Below are positions 42,184 to 56,057 of a DNA stretch of 64,000 nt, one piece after another. The position numbers and the translations under genes were made by a program. This DNA comes from Lingula anatina (Eukaryota; Animalia; Brachiopoda), in assembly GCA_051362555.1 (NCBI GenBank), contig CM120641.1:26356401-26420400 (forward strand), given 5' to 3'. Numbering within the stretch: the stretch's first letter is position 1; every line of letters begins with the position of its first letter. The notes under the pieces are model-generated. The model saw only the letters and a program-made list of their open reading frames with translations. It had not been told where the DNA came from and ran no database searches.

Positions 42184-45100
42184 GTAAAATGCGTCTATCT
42201 GAATGCTCCCTAAGTTAGAATAGTTGTGAATGCGCCTTTTAAGTGAACTGGGGCTAACTACATCTGATGTCACCACCGGTGCAACAGGGGCCACTGAACA
42301 GATAGATACCTCATCGTAGTAGGACGGTAACATCAAAGGAACTAAACTAGGTCTGTTACTGGGGGAAATAGGTAGAAATGTAATGACCCTCATCATTTGG
42401 CCCAGTGTATCAAGAGCTGTATTGTCCCTGAATACACAAAGATGGGCTACTGAGTAGGGACTATGGTTCTTCTGAGTTAGTTTTGTGTTGGTAAGAAAGC
42501 TGACAGGAAGTACAAGTAGCTTGTTTACGGAATGCTGATAATCTGTTTGAAAATATTTCTTCTGGTATGGTCCCATTCACTCCGGTTGGGGGCTTCATAA
42601 TTTATTCTAAAGCAGTTTATATTTGTAGATCACAACCCTGTTGCCACCCCTGTGCTCTTGGAGTGACCCATGGGGAGTCAGAATAGTGATATATGCCACT
42701 TATTAAGTGCACTCGTGTAAAGAGTATTGGCTGCTGTGGACAACAATCTCAGCAAATGATAACATTATCATCAGTAATATCATACACACAGTAGCAGGTA
42801 TGAGTAGAACAACAATAACGTGAGAAAAGCAGCAAAGGAGGACTGGAAGGGGGGCCAGATCTTGAGATTGACTTTATTGTTATAGAAGCTGAAGTTAGTT
42901 CCTTTGATGTTAGAATGGTACAGAAAAAGAACTAAGGAGTTAGTGTGAGAAATTGTACAGAAGCTGAAAAGTTAATGGGGCACATTACAAGTTGTATTAC
43001 TAAAGGTCTTTTGTTATCTTTTTCCATGTTGGTTAGAGTTGATAAACAAGAAAATTTAGTCATTAAATTTAACAATTCAGCCTCTGTCCCTTTTGAGAAA
43101 TAGGAACTGAAAATAGAGTTTCACATGTTGAAATAGCATTTTTTTTCAGTGCACTGAAACAAGAAAATGACCATATTCTGATGTTTAGTGTTATTAGGTT
43201 CTTAACATAATTTCAATAGAACAAAAAATAATCATCCTTTTATAAATGTATTAAAAAACGATACAAGCTAGTTTTATGCAGAATATCTATTTTTACATTT
43301 CCTCATTATTTATGATAAGCAGAAGAGCTACGTAACTATATGTGATTGCATTAGAGAAGAAAATAAGTTTGGTCTTGTGTCACCCAGGTATGGGAAGTGA
43401 ACTGTGTACATTAAATCAAGTCTATGAGGTATGTTAGTGGTGCCATTAGCCAAAAAGAACAAGAAACTAAGAAAACACCCATGAATTTATTGCCATTAGT
43501 TACTTCATAAAGTGGTTTACCTCCCCTGGCTAAGTTTTTCTTTGATACGGCTTTATTATGTTGCACCTCTAGTGTGGCACCAAACAGCCCATTGCTGTTA
43601 CCAAATGTGTCACCAGATTATTCCTACACAGGGAATTTGCATGTATTCCTGTATACAAAAAATGTGAATGGAAATTGCAGCACAGGAATCACGTCTGGTG
43701 TGCTTGGCTCCGTGTTCTGATGTGTTCACACACACACCACACTGCCTATAGCATGATTGTGAACCAAGAAGTACCCAATTTTAAAGTACCCAGTTTTAAA
43801 GAGAACCAAGGCAAGGTAATGAATTACAACTTTATTTAATTTCCATAGCATACCTAGAAATAGCAATGCACATTTAAGTGTCAAGTAACTCCACAAGGTA
43901 ATAGATTAAAACTTTTTTTAGATTTCCAAGGTATTGTTCTACAATTATTGACATTAATTTTTGGGTTCTATAATATATCCCTTCTGTAAACTTGACTTTA
44001 CTGTGTATTCTCTGTCCTCAAGTTCATAGTACCAGCCAGTTCTGTGTTTCCGTCTTTGTTTTACATAGGTTAGTGGTAACCCATGCTGACATTTTGGCAC
44101 AAAAACATTGGCGCTGCAGGGAGAATATTTTGTTAATTAACAGAAGCTGTTGTTTTAATGAGAGCACAGTCAGCTGCTGTCAAATTGTATCTGAAGGATT
44201 ACAAAGAACCCTTGATATTTCAGTTGAAATGTTATTGTACTGTTTTTATTTTTCTTTTTGACCTGTTGTGCTTAAAATTTCGGCTAAGTGCTTATGACAT
44301 TTGCAATACAGTGCCTGCTGTTCATTTTAAAAGTGAGGGATTTTTTTTTCTAAAAAAGACGTACAATTTTCAGCAGAGCTCAGACGAGTTTGATAGAATC
44401 TTTCCAGTTCAGATACAATTTTAACTGGCCTGATAATTTTTTTCAAAAAAATTCTAAGCGATACTAAGCGATAACAATAATGACACCAAGGCATAATTTT
44501 ATAGGTCTAAAATGCCCATCAGGCCATTATAAAATATAAGATAGAATCACTACTTTTAACTTTAAAATGTTTTCCTTAAACATCTATTAACTTTCCATTC
44601 AACCCAGTATCACTTTCACACCTGTATTTGATGACTTTTAAAGGGATTTCTCCTTACTTAGGTTAAGTTAGAATGAAAGACTTAATAACAACACGTGCAA
44701 GCAAGTCCTCTCCCTGCAGGCAAGTGTCACCAAAAATATGTCGTTTTTACTGTTCGTGGTGTGACAGTGATAACCAAACCTTGGGGGTAGAGGTCTTATA
44801 AGTTTATCAATCTTGTTCCTTTATTTATCACCTGAAGTAATTTGCGCACCTGGGATTTCACACCTTGGTGACTACAGCTTTGGTAGAGAAGACATGCAGT
44901 TTACAGATCTGCTCAGTGACATTGAGAACTAGCTGAAAAGAATCAAGACTCTTTGATCACTTTGTAGGTGTAGGATGGTAATAATAATGATTTTTGACAT
45001 ATTACCAGTTGTTAAATAAAGGTAGGGCAATTGTACTCGTACTTAAAACATATACTTTATGCTAGCTACAGTTGAATTTTTTGTGTAAGTCTTAATTTTG

Positions 45101-46341
45101 AAGGGAAATTTACCTAAGAAATGTGCAAATCAAGTTGAATCTCCTGAAAGCACCATATTATTAAGTTTTTTTCTTCAGCTTTTTATCAAAACAAATTTCC
45201 CAAGCATGCAAGATCCAAGCAACAGTGACAACCACCTGTAAGACTGTAATAATGGTATAATAATTGTCCAGAAGATTGCCTAATTAGATATCTGCTATGT
45301 AAGGACGACCCTTTGAGGGACCCCCAAGAAGGAGTTATCTGATGCACTAAGAGATAACCTAGGTTGCAGGTTGGGCAAGAAATGGAGAGAAAGACCTATT
45401 AGTCCCTGTTGTTCGGCATAATGGTTCTAGATTATTATTCCATTACCTCTGATTACAACCATCATCACTTAGAGCCATTTGTCCTCTCCCTACTGTTGCA
45501 TTCAAAGTTACATGGTAATTAAGGGGTAGAGGCTGTGAGATCCCACACTGAGCTTTGATGAATGGATAGGAGACCTATCTGTTGTGATTGTAGTGGAACA
45601 ATGGCCTCTGAGGTTAGTCTACCTGTTTATTGCTTGTATGCTTGCTTGTGTAAAAAAGAACACTATGTGAAAAGATCGGCTGTGAGCACAGGAGAACAGT
45701 GTTAACTGTGTTAGATATTGGGTTTTTATTGCTTGTAAACTTGCTTTAGAAAAAAAGGAGAAAACTTTGTGAAGAAACCTTTTTTTGGAGGTGAGAGATT
45801 TGTCTACCTCAGGTGTGTTACATCTAGGAGCTTTAAGTGATATAAATGAAGGTAAGGCAATATTAATTTAAACTTCAGTATCCACTTAGTGAATTTACAG
45901 CAAAATGCTTGAGAAGACTTAGAAGAAATATGATGTTATCTCACGAAACTGGGATATATTTGTAGTATGAACTTAAATGATCATATTGGATATATGTACA
46001 TATAAGTAGTAATATGAAACTAGCTTCAGTTATATTTTGGAGTATAAAAATCTGTTTTCGTGTGGCAGATATATATGATTACCCTCAGTAAGATATTAGG
46101 ACATGACACAATTGAATTGCATATTTGATAACTTGTCAAGGTTTGAAGTCATGAAACTCAGAAAAGATTAAACTGACACATGCAATAGGAGTGTAACCTG
46201 GTGCATTGTGATGAAGTAGATAAACTAAGTAGACTGCTATTAGGAAAGGCAGGTAATAAAGCAGCCTGTCGCTAGCATAAATTTCTTTTGGAGATTGAAA
46301 ATGGCGCCTCAAAACAAATATTAACAGTAGCTGAGCCTTTG

Positions 46342-46442
46342 ATGCTCATGTCGTCGCGTCCTACAATACTATTAAAGAAGCAGTGGCTTAATTTGAAAGC
46401 CTCACTGATTGTTGAAACCCACTTCAAAGAGACGGAAGGAAG
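46342..46442 (+). CDS. Candidate alternative first coding exon (MLMSSRPTILLKKQWLNLKASLIVETHFKETEG-R), phase 2 into exon C
   Basis: 33 codons + 2 nt ending at perfect donor AAG|GTAAGT. Local CpG cluster and YY1-type AAAATGGCG at 46298-46306. Confidence 0.5.
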
Positions 46443-46481
46443 GTAAGTGTAAGTGACCAGGAGGAAAAAGGGTTTCTTTGA

Positions 46482-46504
46482 GGGGAGGAGGGGGGGGGGG
46501 GGGG
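46482..46504 (+). repeat. G-rich tract with poly(G)15
   Basis: GGGGAGGAG followed by a G run. A similar poly(G)14 lies at 8042-8055. Confidence 0.85.
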
Positions 46505-47666
46505 TGAAGACAGATTTCTTCAGTTTTATGCACAGAGTGCTTAATTTAGTTCGTTTTTCTCTGATATTGATATTATTTTACTTTAAAAAATTGAATACTA
46601 GTATTTTTATCAAAAATTTAAGTGATCAATTCAAAAATATGTAGAGATGAGGTTTACCTCCTCAAACATTCTTTGTGTGGTTTACCGTTCATTTTTGAAG
46701 TGTGTGTAGGAGGGGGGTCAGTGACAAAGAAAGGATAAAAAAAATGAAGTTGGCAAAGGTTGTTTTCTCTCCCATGTCCATCTGTTCTATGTTGAGCCAT
46801 ACCACACATCAAGGTTGATGTTGGCTTTTGTTTGAACAAGATTGTTCAAATTTTGGAACTTCATTTTCTCAGCATGTGTCTTACTATGGTTCATATCCGA
46901 GTTTTTCTTTTCAATTTTTTTCACGATTGTGACTTGTCACCAGAATCCCTTTTTTCTTCTGATCAGTAACCCCTAGCTAAATTACTAGTAACCCCTGCAA
47001 TTACTACATATTTTGATCCAATTTTGTGGTACATAGAGCTTTACATGTAGGGGTCCTTTCATGAAAAGTTACCGGTTTCGATAACACTCTGGGCCTTTAT
47101 TCATTGAAACCTATACTGGTTTTAGCACTTAAAGTGTACAACTTCAGAAGAAAAATTGGTTTATCCCTGCTGATATAGTTATGAAATACAGGTAATATAT
47201 ACTTTGGGATTGAAATGGTCCCCAAAACCACATGTCACAAATCTTGCATGCAAGGGGACAAGCTAGTAACCATCCTGTTAGATTTGTCCACTTCTGTCAG
47301 GACCTAACAGCTTCATGGATGCAATATGGTAATGTGTAAGCACAGTAAGCTTTAGTTCCTATCTACTTCACAGTGTTTCATGTTGCATGTTGTTTTAAAA
47401 CAATGATCAGCTTGTAGTTGGTAGGATACTCTGGACTGCTGTCGCCTGTTTTTCACGTAAAATGATATTTGACAAAAGCACTTTATTTGTCCAGTCTGAA
47501 TAATTGGACATTTTGGCAATCATGCGTGAACTGTTCAGGTTTTTGTATGACAGATAGCTTCCGCAGCAGTTTAATGGAAATATCAATAAGTTAGATTTTG
47601 TTGAGTGTGCAGATGAAGAATCATCTTGTTGCATCTTTTCTAAGACTGCATTTAGTTCAATCATAC

Positions 47667-47758
47667 TAGTTGGGTCAGTCCAACTCTGGGGGAGATTCTT
47701 GCTTAAGTGCAATCAGTGGAATCAGCTTAATTGTCTGACGCACCTCCTAGAGCAGCTA
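47667..47758 (+). mobile_element. Solo arm of the 41981-42183 MITE family
   Basis: About 90-bp direct repeat of 41981-42071, sharing the identical core TAAGTGCAATCAGTGGAATCAGCTTAATTGT. Confidence 0.75.
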
Positions 47759-49135
47759 GGGGGTAATTAACTGGCATGTGCTGGTTGGGAAAGAAGGGGC
47801 AGATATTGCAGGTAAGATATTCTCAAGTAGCATTTAATAGGTCTTCTTTTCCTTAATGGAAAAGTATTTAATTGATCAGCACTCAAGATGAGATTTATCA
47901 TTGATTTTCATTTTGATTTGTGGTTTTTACCTGGAGGCTGGGTAAAAGTAATATGGAGTAAAATCCTGCTGTATGTGACATCCCAGCAGAGATGGTGGTG
48001 ACTGTGGCCCCCAATGTCATCTCATCCCTGTCCCTACATCTATCAGGAGAAACAGATATAAATCTGAAGGGAATAACAATACAGTTATGGTGTCTTGATG
48101 TTATCAAGCTCTGTCAATCTTCCAACTTGTTGTAACCACATTGGATGCTGCTTGGCAAAAGAGTTTTTCATTTACTACCCACTCATTGATAAAGGGTAGC
48201 GTTTGTAGAGCGGCACAGATGTGTGCACGGAGGCAGGCGACAGCATAAATGGAGATTTGTCATGTGCAGAGGCATATCATTGCAGAACGCTCAGCTGACT
48301 GACTTGATTTGACCAGCGCAGTCAATTAAAAGTAGAGTTTTTCATTAGGAGTGCCTGTTTGGTAATAATTGACTACGTCTATTAGCTCAGATTTGTTACA
48401 AGTGAAAATTAATTGCAAATGAATGATTAGGGTTGAACCATAGTTCACGAATATTACAATCTCTACTGGCATGGACAAAGGAGAAAAGAAAGGGCATATG
48501 GTGATACAAGGACTTGCTGCTAAAAGATGCACTTAAGTGTCGCTTTGTAGAGTTATTTTATTGCTGTTTGACTTATGGTGATTCTGTAGGTTTGGGATTA
48601 TAGGTGGCTTTGATGGAACAATTAGTATTAGGAAATACCACCAGGATTCAGTGACAGAATAGACAGAACAAAATGCTCCGACAGACTGTGCTAGAAATGA
48701 TGGAAATGGATTTTCTCTGTTGTTCACCATTTTTATGATTTCATTTTCTTGTAGGTGGAGTTTTAGCAATTCTAAGCAATTCTTTTGATGTTGCAGTAGT
48801 TGATACCTGTCATAAAAAGAATTAACCGACCAGCCAAGCAGAACAGTCATTTAAGATGGACAACGGCTTGATGCATGAAAGGAAATTACAACACCAAATT
48901 TAATTTTTGTGTCTCCTAAAAAGGGCCATTTCCCCCTCGTTTTCCTGAAGGACTCTTTATTACATGGCTGCAGGATTTGTAAGAATTGCGCTCCGTGCCT
49001 AGTATATAACATAGCAGTACCAAGAGGTGACGGATTTAAAACATACTTGTCTCTATACCCTAGCCAGAGGGGACATTAAAAAATGTCAAAGTAGAGAATA
49101 TTTCCTGATTATTTTCTTCTTATTCATTATTTTAG

Positions 49136-49265
49136 ATTAGCGAGGCAAAGCCGAGCCCATCATTCATCTAACGGGAATAACTCTCCCAGTCCAGTTGCAG
49201 CCCAAGCTCAGGCCTACCTGGAACAGAACGTGTTACTGTGGATGAACCCAGCCAAGCAAAACCAG
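49136..49265 (+). CDS. KIF26: KIF26-like kinesin, coding exon C (phase 2 to phase 0; (R)LARQSRAHHSSNGNNSPSPVAAQAQAYLEQNVLLWMNPAKQNQ)
   Basis: Acceptor ttattttag|A, 130 nt, consensus donor CAG|gtaaga. The first base completes AG+A (Arg) from exon B and the end is phase 0, so it restores frame between exons B and D. The AQAYL segment resembles the corresponding KIF26B region (recalled). Confidence 0.82.
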
Positions 49266-49582
49266 GTAAGAATTTTTTAGATAGCCAGTGGACAGTAGTG
49301 AAGTGAAGTGAAGTACATAGTATGGACACTACACAAGTACTAAAATGAAAAGAGTCAAAGAGAGATAGTTAAGACAAACTGTGCATGCCCAATGATTGAT
49401 CAGCTTTAGTTGACTACTGGGAGTGAGTGTTTAAAAATTAAAAGCAATGGTAACTACCTTATTCCACCACAGGTAAAATTGTATCAAGCTCCAGACCAAT
49501 GTTATCAAAGATTTAAAAGAGTTAGTGGCATAAAAGAATATGATATTTCTGTAACAAGCGGACATGAAAACCATTTGAGGGT

Positions 49583-50179
49583 TTAAAGTGTTGTTGTTGA
49601 AAATTAACCATAAAGTTTCACTAATTTTTTTCAATATTGATGCTTTTAGTACACAAAGCATTTCTGTACCTGATGGCCTTTTTGCAATGCATAGTACCCA
49701 GTTTCTTTGGAAAAAGAGTAAGCTTGTCCTATCATGCAAGAGTGACGTAAAAGGAACCAAGTTTTCTGTCATTGATTTGTGACCAGTCTGACTCTGTGAC
49801 AGCGTATCTGGGGTCTCAAGTGAATTGCATGAGCAGAACAAAAAAAAACGAAGCCTGCTCCCTGAAAAGAGGTTAAAAAACTTCATCATGTTTGAGCAGG
49901 TGTATCTGCTGACCCTAGATTTTGCGGCAGAATCACAAGAAAAATGTGATTGATTGTGAAGCGCTGGCATCCGGGACCACCGAGTTCAGTACCTTCACAT
50001 TTGAAGCCCCTGGTTTTGCGGCTGAGATTTGCCAGATTTATAGTTGATGGTAGCATTAAAAGATGGAAAAGGGGAAAAAATGACATTTGCAATTTACGCA
50101 TAACATTAATGTTGTTTCATAATAAAAAGGTAAAAAATTGCCAAATATGGTCAATTTATTTGAACAAAAATTCCTTTAA
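49583..50179. mobile_element. Degenerate TTAA-flanked non-autonomous DNA transposon remnant (Kolobok-like ends)
   Basis: TTAA|AG...TTGTT...AAATTAACCATA at the left and TATGGTCAATTT...AACAA...CCT|TTAA at the right form degenerate inverted termini. The interior has more CpG than its flanks. A TTAA TSD with RR..YY ends is typical of Kolobok. Confidence 0.4.
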
Positions 50180-50920
50180 TATTTTAGACACAGTCAGTTA
50201 CTGCATGCCAACTTGACTTTCATGTCAGGTAGTAGAATTAAGTAGGAAAGAATTTTTAATGTTTTGCTGACATGAAAATAATGTGCAGTCTTTCATTCAT
50301 TATGTATTTGTATTCTGGCAATGTGTATGTAGTGCAAACCCCAAAATTATGTTCCATAGATTAGAAAACAAATGGAATTTTAAGTTATTTAAGAATGATC
50401 CCTAATACTTAGCCCCTGTTGGCAATGCATGCCTTAAAACAGTTGTTTTACAAATTAGGCTTATCTTGCTCTTGCCTGGTCTAAGGTATTTTAAAGATGA
50501 CATTTTAAAGTCGTAATGCAAATCAGTTACAGATAACAGACAAAAAATAGCATATTTGAGCATATAAAAAGCTGAAAGGGGAAGTATTAAGGTGAATAAT
50601 TTTGATGAGTTTTCCTAAAATATCCCAGCTTTGTATGGAGGGCGTTGAACTTGAAGGCACAGTGTTGCATCTTAAAGTAAGTGGAACTGAGGGAGGGGAA
50701 AGTATTGACAGGATCCATGTGCCATATGGCGTGTCTGGAAATAATGGCCAGTTTTAAGATGATTTAAATGAAAAATATTTCAGTTTTCATTAAAAAAATT
50801 AGAAGTTTCATTGTCCTACCCCTTTTGCAGTTCTGAGGTGCTTGTGAGGTTGTAAAAAGTAGGAAGAAAGTTTTAAAATGGTCAGTTCAGTGGGTTGATG
50901 GGTCAAGTGAGAGTTGATAT

Positions 50921-51017
50921 AGTCCCCACTTGATGAGAGATGGCATAGTATAGAGTCCCCACTTGATGAGAGATGGCATAGTATAGAATCCCCACTTAAT
51001 AAAAGATGGTATAGTAT
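50921..51017. repeat. 33-bp minisatellite x3
   Basis: AGTCCCCACTTGATGAGAGATGGCATAGTATAG at 50921 and 50954 (identical) and a diverged copy at 50987. Confidence 0.92.
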
Positions 51018-52541
51018 TCTGTGCATGATCTAGACATTTAAGTACTTTTCTTTGGGAGTTAGAGTGAAAATTTTGGCCATTTGTTTGTGACAGTAGTCAT
51101 CTTCATTTGACAAGCCCCACAAGTGACACTCAAATTATCCAAAATAAGTCTTTTATGAAGGTATCGGGTGGATGCACTTCCAATGATATTTTCTTGTACC
51201 TGGCAGATTTCCCCCCTTTCAGTAGAGGTGATTTATAGCTTAATGCCTGTGTAAACTAAATTCTGCTTAAACTTATAGTTTAAAAATACATCATGGGAAT
51301 AACTGTCTGAACATATTTGCAATTTTATTTGGACAATGACTTTTTTTGAAAACTGCCCAAGGAACACAATGTTATGAATGATAAATGGTGAACATCCTCT
51401 GATCAGTGACAGTAAATGTCACTTTAACTTGTGTAATTTTTCCCTCCTTTCAGGAAAAGGGAGTTTTTGTCTTTGATAAAACAAAACAAAACAAGTAAAT
51501 GATAAAATCTACACAAAGTTTGTTGTTGAAATAGAGTTTTATTAGACACATTGAATGTTTAAAAGTCCTTAGCTGAAAACACAGACAGTGACTCACAGGA
51601 AATGAAGTAGAAAATGACATTGTAACAGAAAAATCAAATCACCATTTCCATACAAAAATCTTCACTTGAACTCATTTCCATGTCTTGTAAGGCATTCTTC
51701 TCAGTTTTCCCCCCATAGCTTATGATATAGTAATGGCTGTCCCCACCAAATGACTGTCCCTATGTCTAATTAAAGATGTCCAGATAAGTTACTCTGTCTG
51801 CTTCCTGAACCCAATTTTGGACAGGAAGATGGAGGAGAATTGTGGATTGTGTTGGGATGTGACAGTTGTGTTGAGATGTTACTATGAGCATATATTAATG
51901 TCAGCATTGTGACTTAGTTGTTTTTTAAGGTGCCCCAGACCAACCATCTTTATCATAAGAGACTGTCACACCGTAACCACAAGAAACAGAGCCTTGTGAT
52001 TACTACAAATTGATGTGGCTTCTTCGTGTGAGTCAGCTACCCCTGGTTTCGTAGCATGTCAGCTCCTGAGGCCACTTCATGTCACAAGAAAACTTCTCAT
52101 AATCAATCAAATAAGTGCACTTTAGTTGAAGACGTTGGAGTGTGAATTGATACAATGTGACATAATCTTTGCCTGCTCACTTGCTGCTAGGCTTTGTCAC
52201 AACTGAATGCGTACATTGGCAGATGATTGTCTGTGACCTCTAATTATGAAGATGCTCACGTTCATCTTTTCTTTCCCAGCACCTGATGATTGGACATTGG
52301 AAATTGTTTAATGAAAAGTCAATTTGATTTAACTATGTGCTTGAGTTAATTTCACTCTGCAGATAGAACATCAAAAGGAATAGATAAAGGATACAACTCT
52401 GATTTGAATATAATGGATTTCTTTAAAATAATATCTTCAGTGTTATCTGTCCCTTGGAAAATACTATATAATCAATTTTAGAAGATACACAAATGCGGTA
52501 TTTGAACACTTTGATACAATCATACATTTTTTTTGCTTGTT

Positions 52542-52651
<110 letters not shown>

Positions 52652-55600
52652 AATCATTTATGTTTATTAGGCTATTGGCTACATTTGGCCGCGCGCTATG
52701 TGGGCAATAGTGATGTAAGATGTGGAGCCAGTGTGGATTACTGGGCATGATCCAATGTTTGGAGAAGGGGAAAAGAAATATTTATCCTTCAAACACTGAC
52801 AATGGGAATTAAACAGTTGGAGAGAGAATAGACAGTCCTGGCTATTGATTAATTAAGACCTGCTTTAACATTTCTGTAGTGACTGCTCCTGAAATTACAA
52901 TTGGTGTTTCCATAGTGTTCTGATCCTAAGCTTAAATAAGATAAGACACTTAGTGTTTTTATAGCCCATTAACTGTGGTATATTGCCTCTGCAACTGACT
53001 ATTTCCCTGTATTGTGAATAAGAATATTTGCCACACATGTCTTTTAAGGTTTTCCTTCACCCAATAGGTAGAATGGTTCAAAAGATTATAACATGTCAAC
53101 ATTCTAAGGAGATTTTCACCCTATGGATAATTAAGCATTTTATGATTGATTAGGCATAAAATCTTTAATCAAAGCACAGGTGATTCTGTCACAGAGAGAG
53201 ACACGTTAATTGAATTACCCGGATTTGTCTGGATGTAAATATTTCAGTTGTTAAATGTCATTATTCGTGCAGCTTTGTCCTCTGTGCAGCTTAGAACTGT
53301 GACAGGGACCAATTTCTTCACAAGTAGATGTTTGACGTGATCAAACAAGTGCACCAGTATATAACATTATATAGTAAATATATACACCATTTACAAATAT
53401 GACATAACTCTGGTATATCTATGTATGTGTGTGGACAGTTGAGTGTATGTTTAAATGTCCTTCATGACTCTTAACTGCTGTTATTGTAGGGGTCTTGATC
53501 AGAGATTTCCAACATAATTTTCTTTTTTTACATTTCTTCTTCATTTTATTTTACGTTGCAATTGAAAACATTGGACTTGTCTTGATTGTCTGTGACATAA
53601 AAAAGGTTTGTATCCTATGTCAGACAAAATTATACAATGTTTATTTGTTGTCATTAAATAAGGTAATTTTTGGTAGGCAGATGTTGCTGTTATGACAATG
53701 TTATTATTATTATATTATAAATGGTCCAAAACAAAGAGGCAATGACCACCTGGAGGAACACTTTCAAAGGCGCTGTCTGTTTGCTATGTTAATGACTTGT
53801 ACACATTGGGGAGCTTGTTTTACATGGGAAATTGATGGGCAAAATATAAAAAAGCAGGAGCATTCTAGTGTGAAATTAAAAAAGGACAAAAAACTGAGAA
53901 AATGTGCCCCGTTGGGAAATGACTTTTGAGGGAAAAAATCAAAGACCCTACTTGGTCATCTGGTTACAGAGAAAAATTTTCTGTAGAGATTCGACAAAAA
54001 AGCTTTATTCACTATGCTTTTCATTAGTGTCAATGATTGACAGGTGAGTGCTGTATTCGCCTCTTGACTTCTATGAAAAAAGTTTGATTCGTATTCAAGA
54101 GGTCTCCAAGATATGGGAGGCCCACCTTTCTGCCAGGGCAGCCACGCGCCTGTGTTGGCCAAGGTGAAGTGCTGGGTGGGGTTGATTATACACATTCCTT
54201 GGATTATAGATCAGCAATTCAGACACTGAATGAGGGTTTTTATATTTAAATACCCATCATTCATGTTCAGGTCCCCTTTGCTTGGTGATAGATATGGCAG
54301 AGTGTCTAAGCTATGCAATGGAGATGTCAAGTTGTGGGGTTGCTTGAAGCATTCTTGTGGAGTGGAGTCAATACCTGATTGTGGGTAATCCTTATTGATT
54401 TTACTAATGCTTGAATAAACTGCCAAACATGCTGCATAAAGGCCGACATCTAGGAGTGGAGACGCATTTCAAGTGGTCAGCAAGAAAGTTATCAATTTTT
54501 TTTCATTTTTTTTTCTTGGGCACTTATATATGGTGGACCATTCTTTAGTGCCTGAAGTGAACTTGTGTAGGAGTTGATTGAAGGTAGCAGGACTCTTAAC
54601 AGTGGTTGCATTTGAAACTGATTTACTTGACAAAAGTTAAAAGGCTTGTCAATGGGAGTTTGAACTTTTCGACGGAAAGGATTAGAAGCAAATGGTAGAT
54701 TTATCAAGGTAGGATTGTGAAAGTTTTGCAATCCTGATGATAGCTACAAAGAAAGTTGGCTAAACAAATAGTGTTGTTACAAATTTATAGATTAACCTCA
54801 TGAAACTTATGAATATAAGGAAAATTAATTGATGTATTTATCTGTAAAATTCTACTGTTTGGCTTAGAAAATGTAGCAAGTTGTCTTGATATTGTAAACT
54901 CTGTACAGTGAAGGTTAAAGATAACAGAAACTGTTTTTAATTCAAGAACTGAAAATAACTTTCACAGCGTAAATGGGCATCAAAGGAACATATAATGACT
55001 TTGAATCAGACAGAAATTTATTGAATTTTAAGTGTATTATGAGAATAAGTTTTAAGAGCTTGCAGCGCAGTATGAAGAGGGTTAAATATAGAGAGTCGGT
55101 GTTTAGGCATGTGGTCAGACTGTTATGAGTCTCACCACCACTGACTGAGAAACAAACCACCAAACAAACCAAATAAAACATTGGGAGAAATTGTGTGATT
55201 AGGATCTATGTTCAACAACCAAATATTATTGTTTCAATTGACTCTAAAGTTCTTTTTGGTGGGTGGTGGTGCTGCAATGTTGCAAGCACAGGGGAACACA
55301 AGTGCCATCATTCTGTCCTGGATGTCACCAGTAGTTAGTTTGACTGGTTCTGTCATCGTTCTAGGGCACTAAATGCAAATATTATTGCAATGAAGCTGTC
55401 AGCCCAGGAGAAACTGAGGAAAGATAACCCTCCTCGTCACTCAGGGTTTTTAACTTCCATGACTTTAAAATCCAAAAACTGATCCGATTTTGTTGTCTGT
55501 GTAAATTGACCACACTTCTGTTTGTTGTATTTCACCATTAGTAACATAAACTGAAAGTTTTTTCCTTGAAATTTTGTTGATTTTGAGTAGTTTATGGGTG

Positions 55601-56057
55601 AAATAGGAGAGTACTTTTGGCCCCTGTTATATTACAAATAATACATAAACTTCAAAGGGTCAGGGTGCCTGGCTGAGGTCTTGGTTCTTAGGCTTCCTTG
55701 GTGCACATGTCTGCCTGTTTTTGTTCATTCCAAAGGCCTTTAATCTAAATATTTATCTCAGTATAAAGTGGATCTTCTAGATGTACAGGTCTGAGCATGG
55801 CCTATCCTCCCTCTTTGTGCATGTCTGTTGCTATTTTCAAGTCTACACCAGCGTTAATTAGATACAAGATTACCGAGCTGATAAGGCAGGTGTCAGAAAG
55901 ACATCTGAATGATTTTTATCATGCAAGCGACTTATTCAACAGGAGCTGTTTAAGTAATAGCATTTTTTGAAATGTGGAATAATAGTTTAAAAAATAAAGA
56001 TATATTACATATTAGTTGTAAACAAGAAAGCACATGATTTCAGGGGTGCGCTTTTAC

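Larger units (their letters stand above)
29948..49135 (+). other. Intron (19188 bp, phase 2) of the KIF26-like gene
   Basis: GT...AG boundaries join exons B and C in frame. Confidence 0.8.

Noticed and set aside
49141-49170. Alternative acceptor at 49140 for exon C
   Set aside because: It shifts the frame and reaches TAA within about ten codons. Acceptor 49135 preserves the frame.
49431-49970. Longest track ORF (179 aa, minus strand) as a transposase or nested gene
   Set aside because: No DDE or other recognisable motif and random AT-rich composition. It overlaps a non-autonomous element remnant.
50921-51017. 33-bp repeats as a CRISPR array
   Set aside because: Units are head-to-tail with no unique spacers, the context is eukaryotic, and there are no cas genes.
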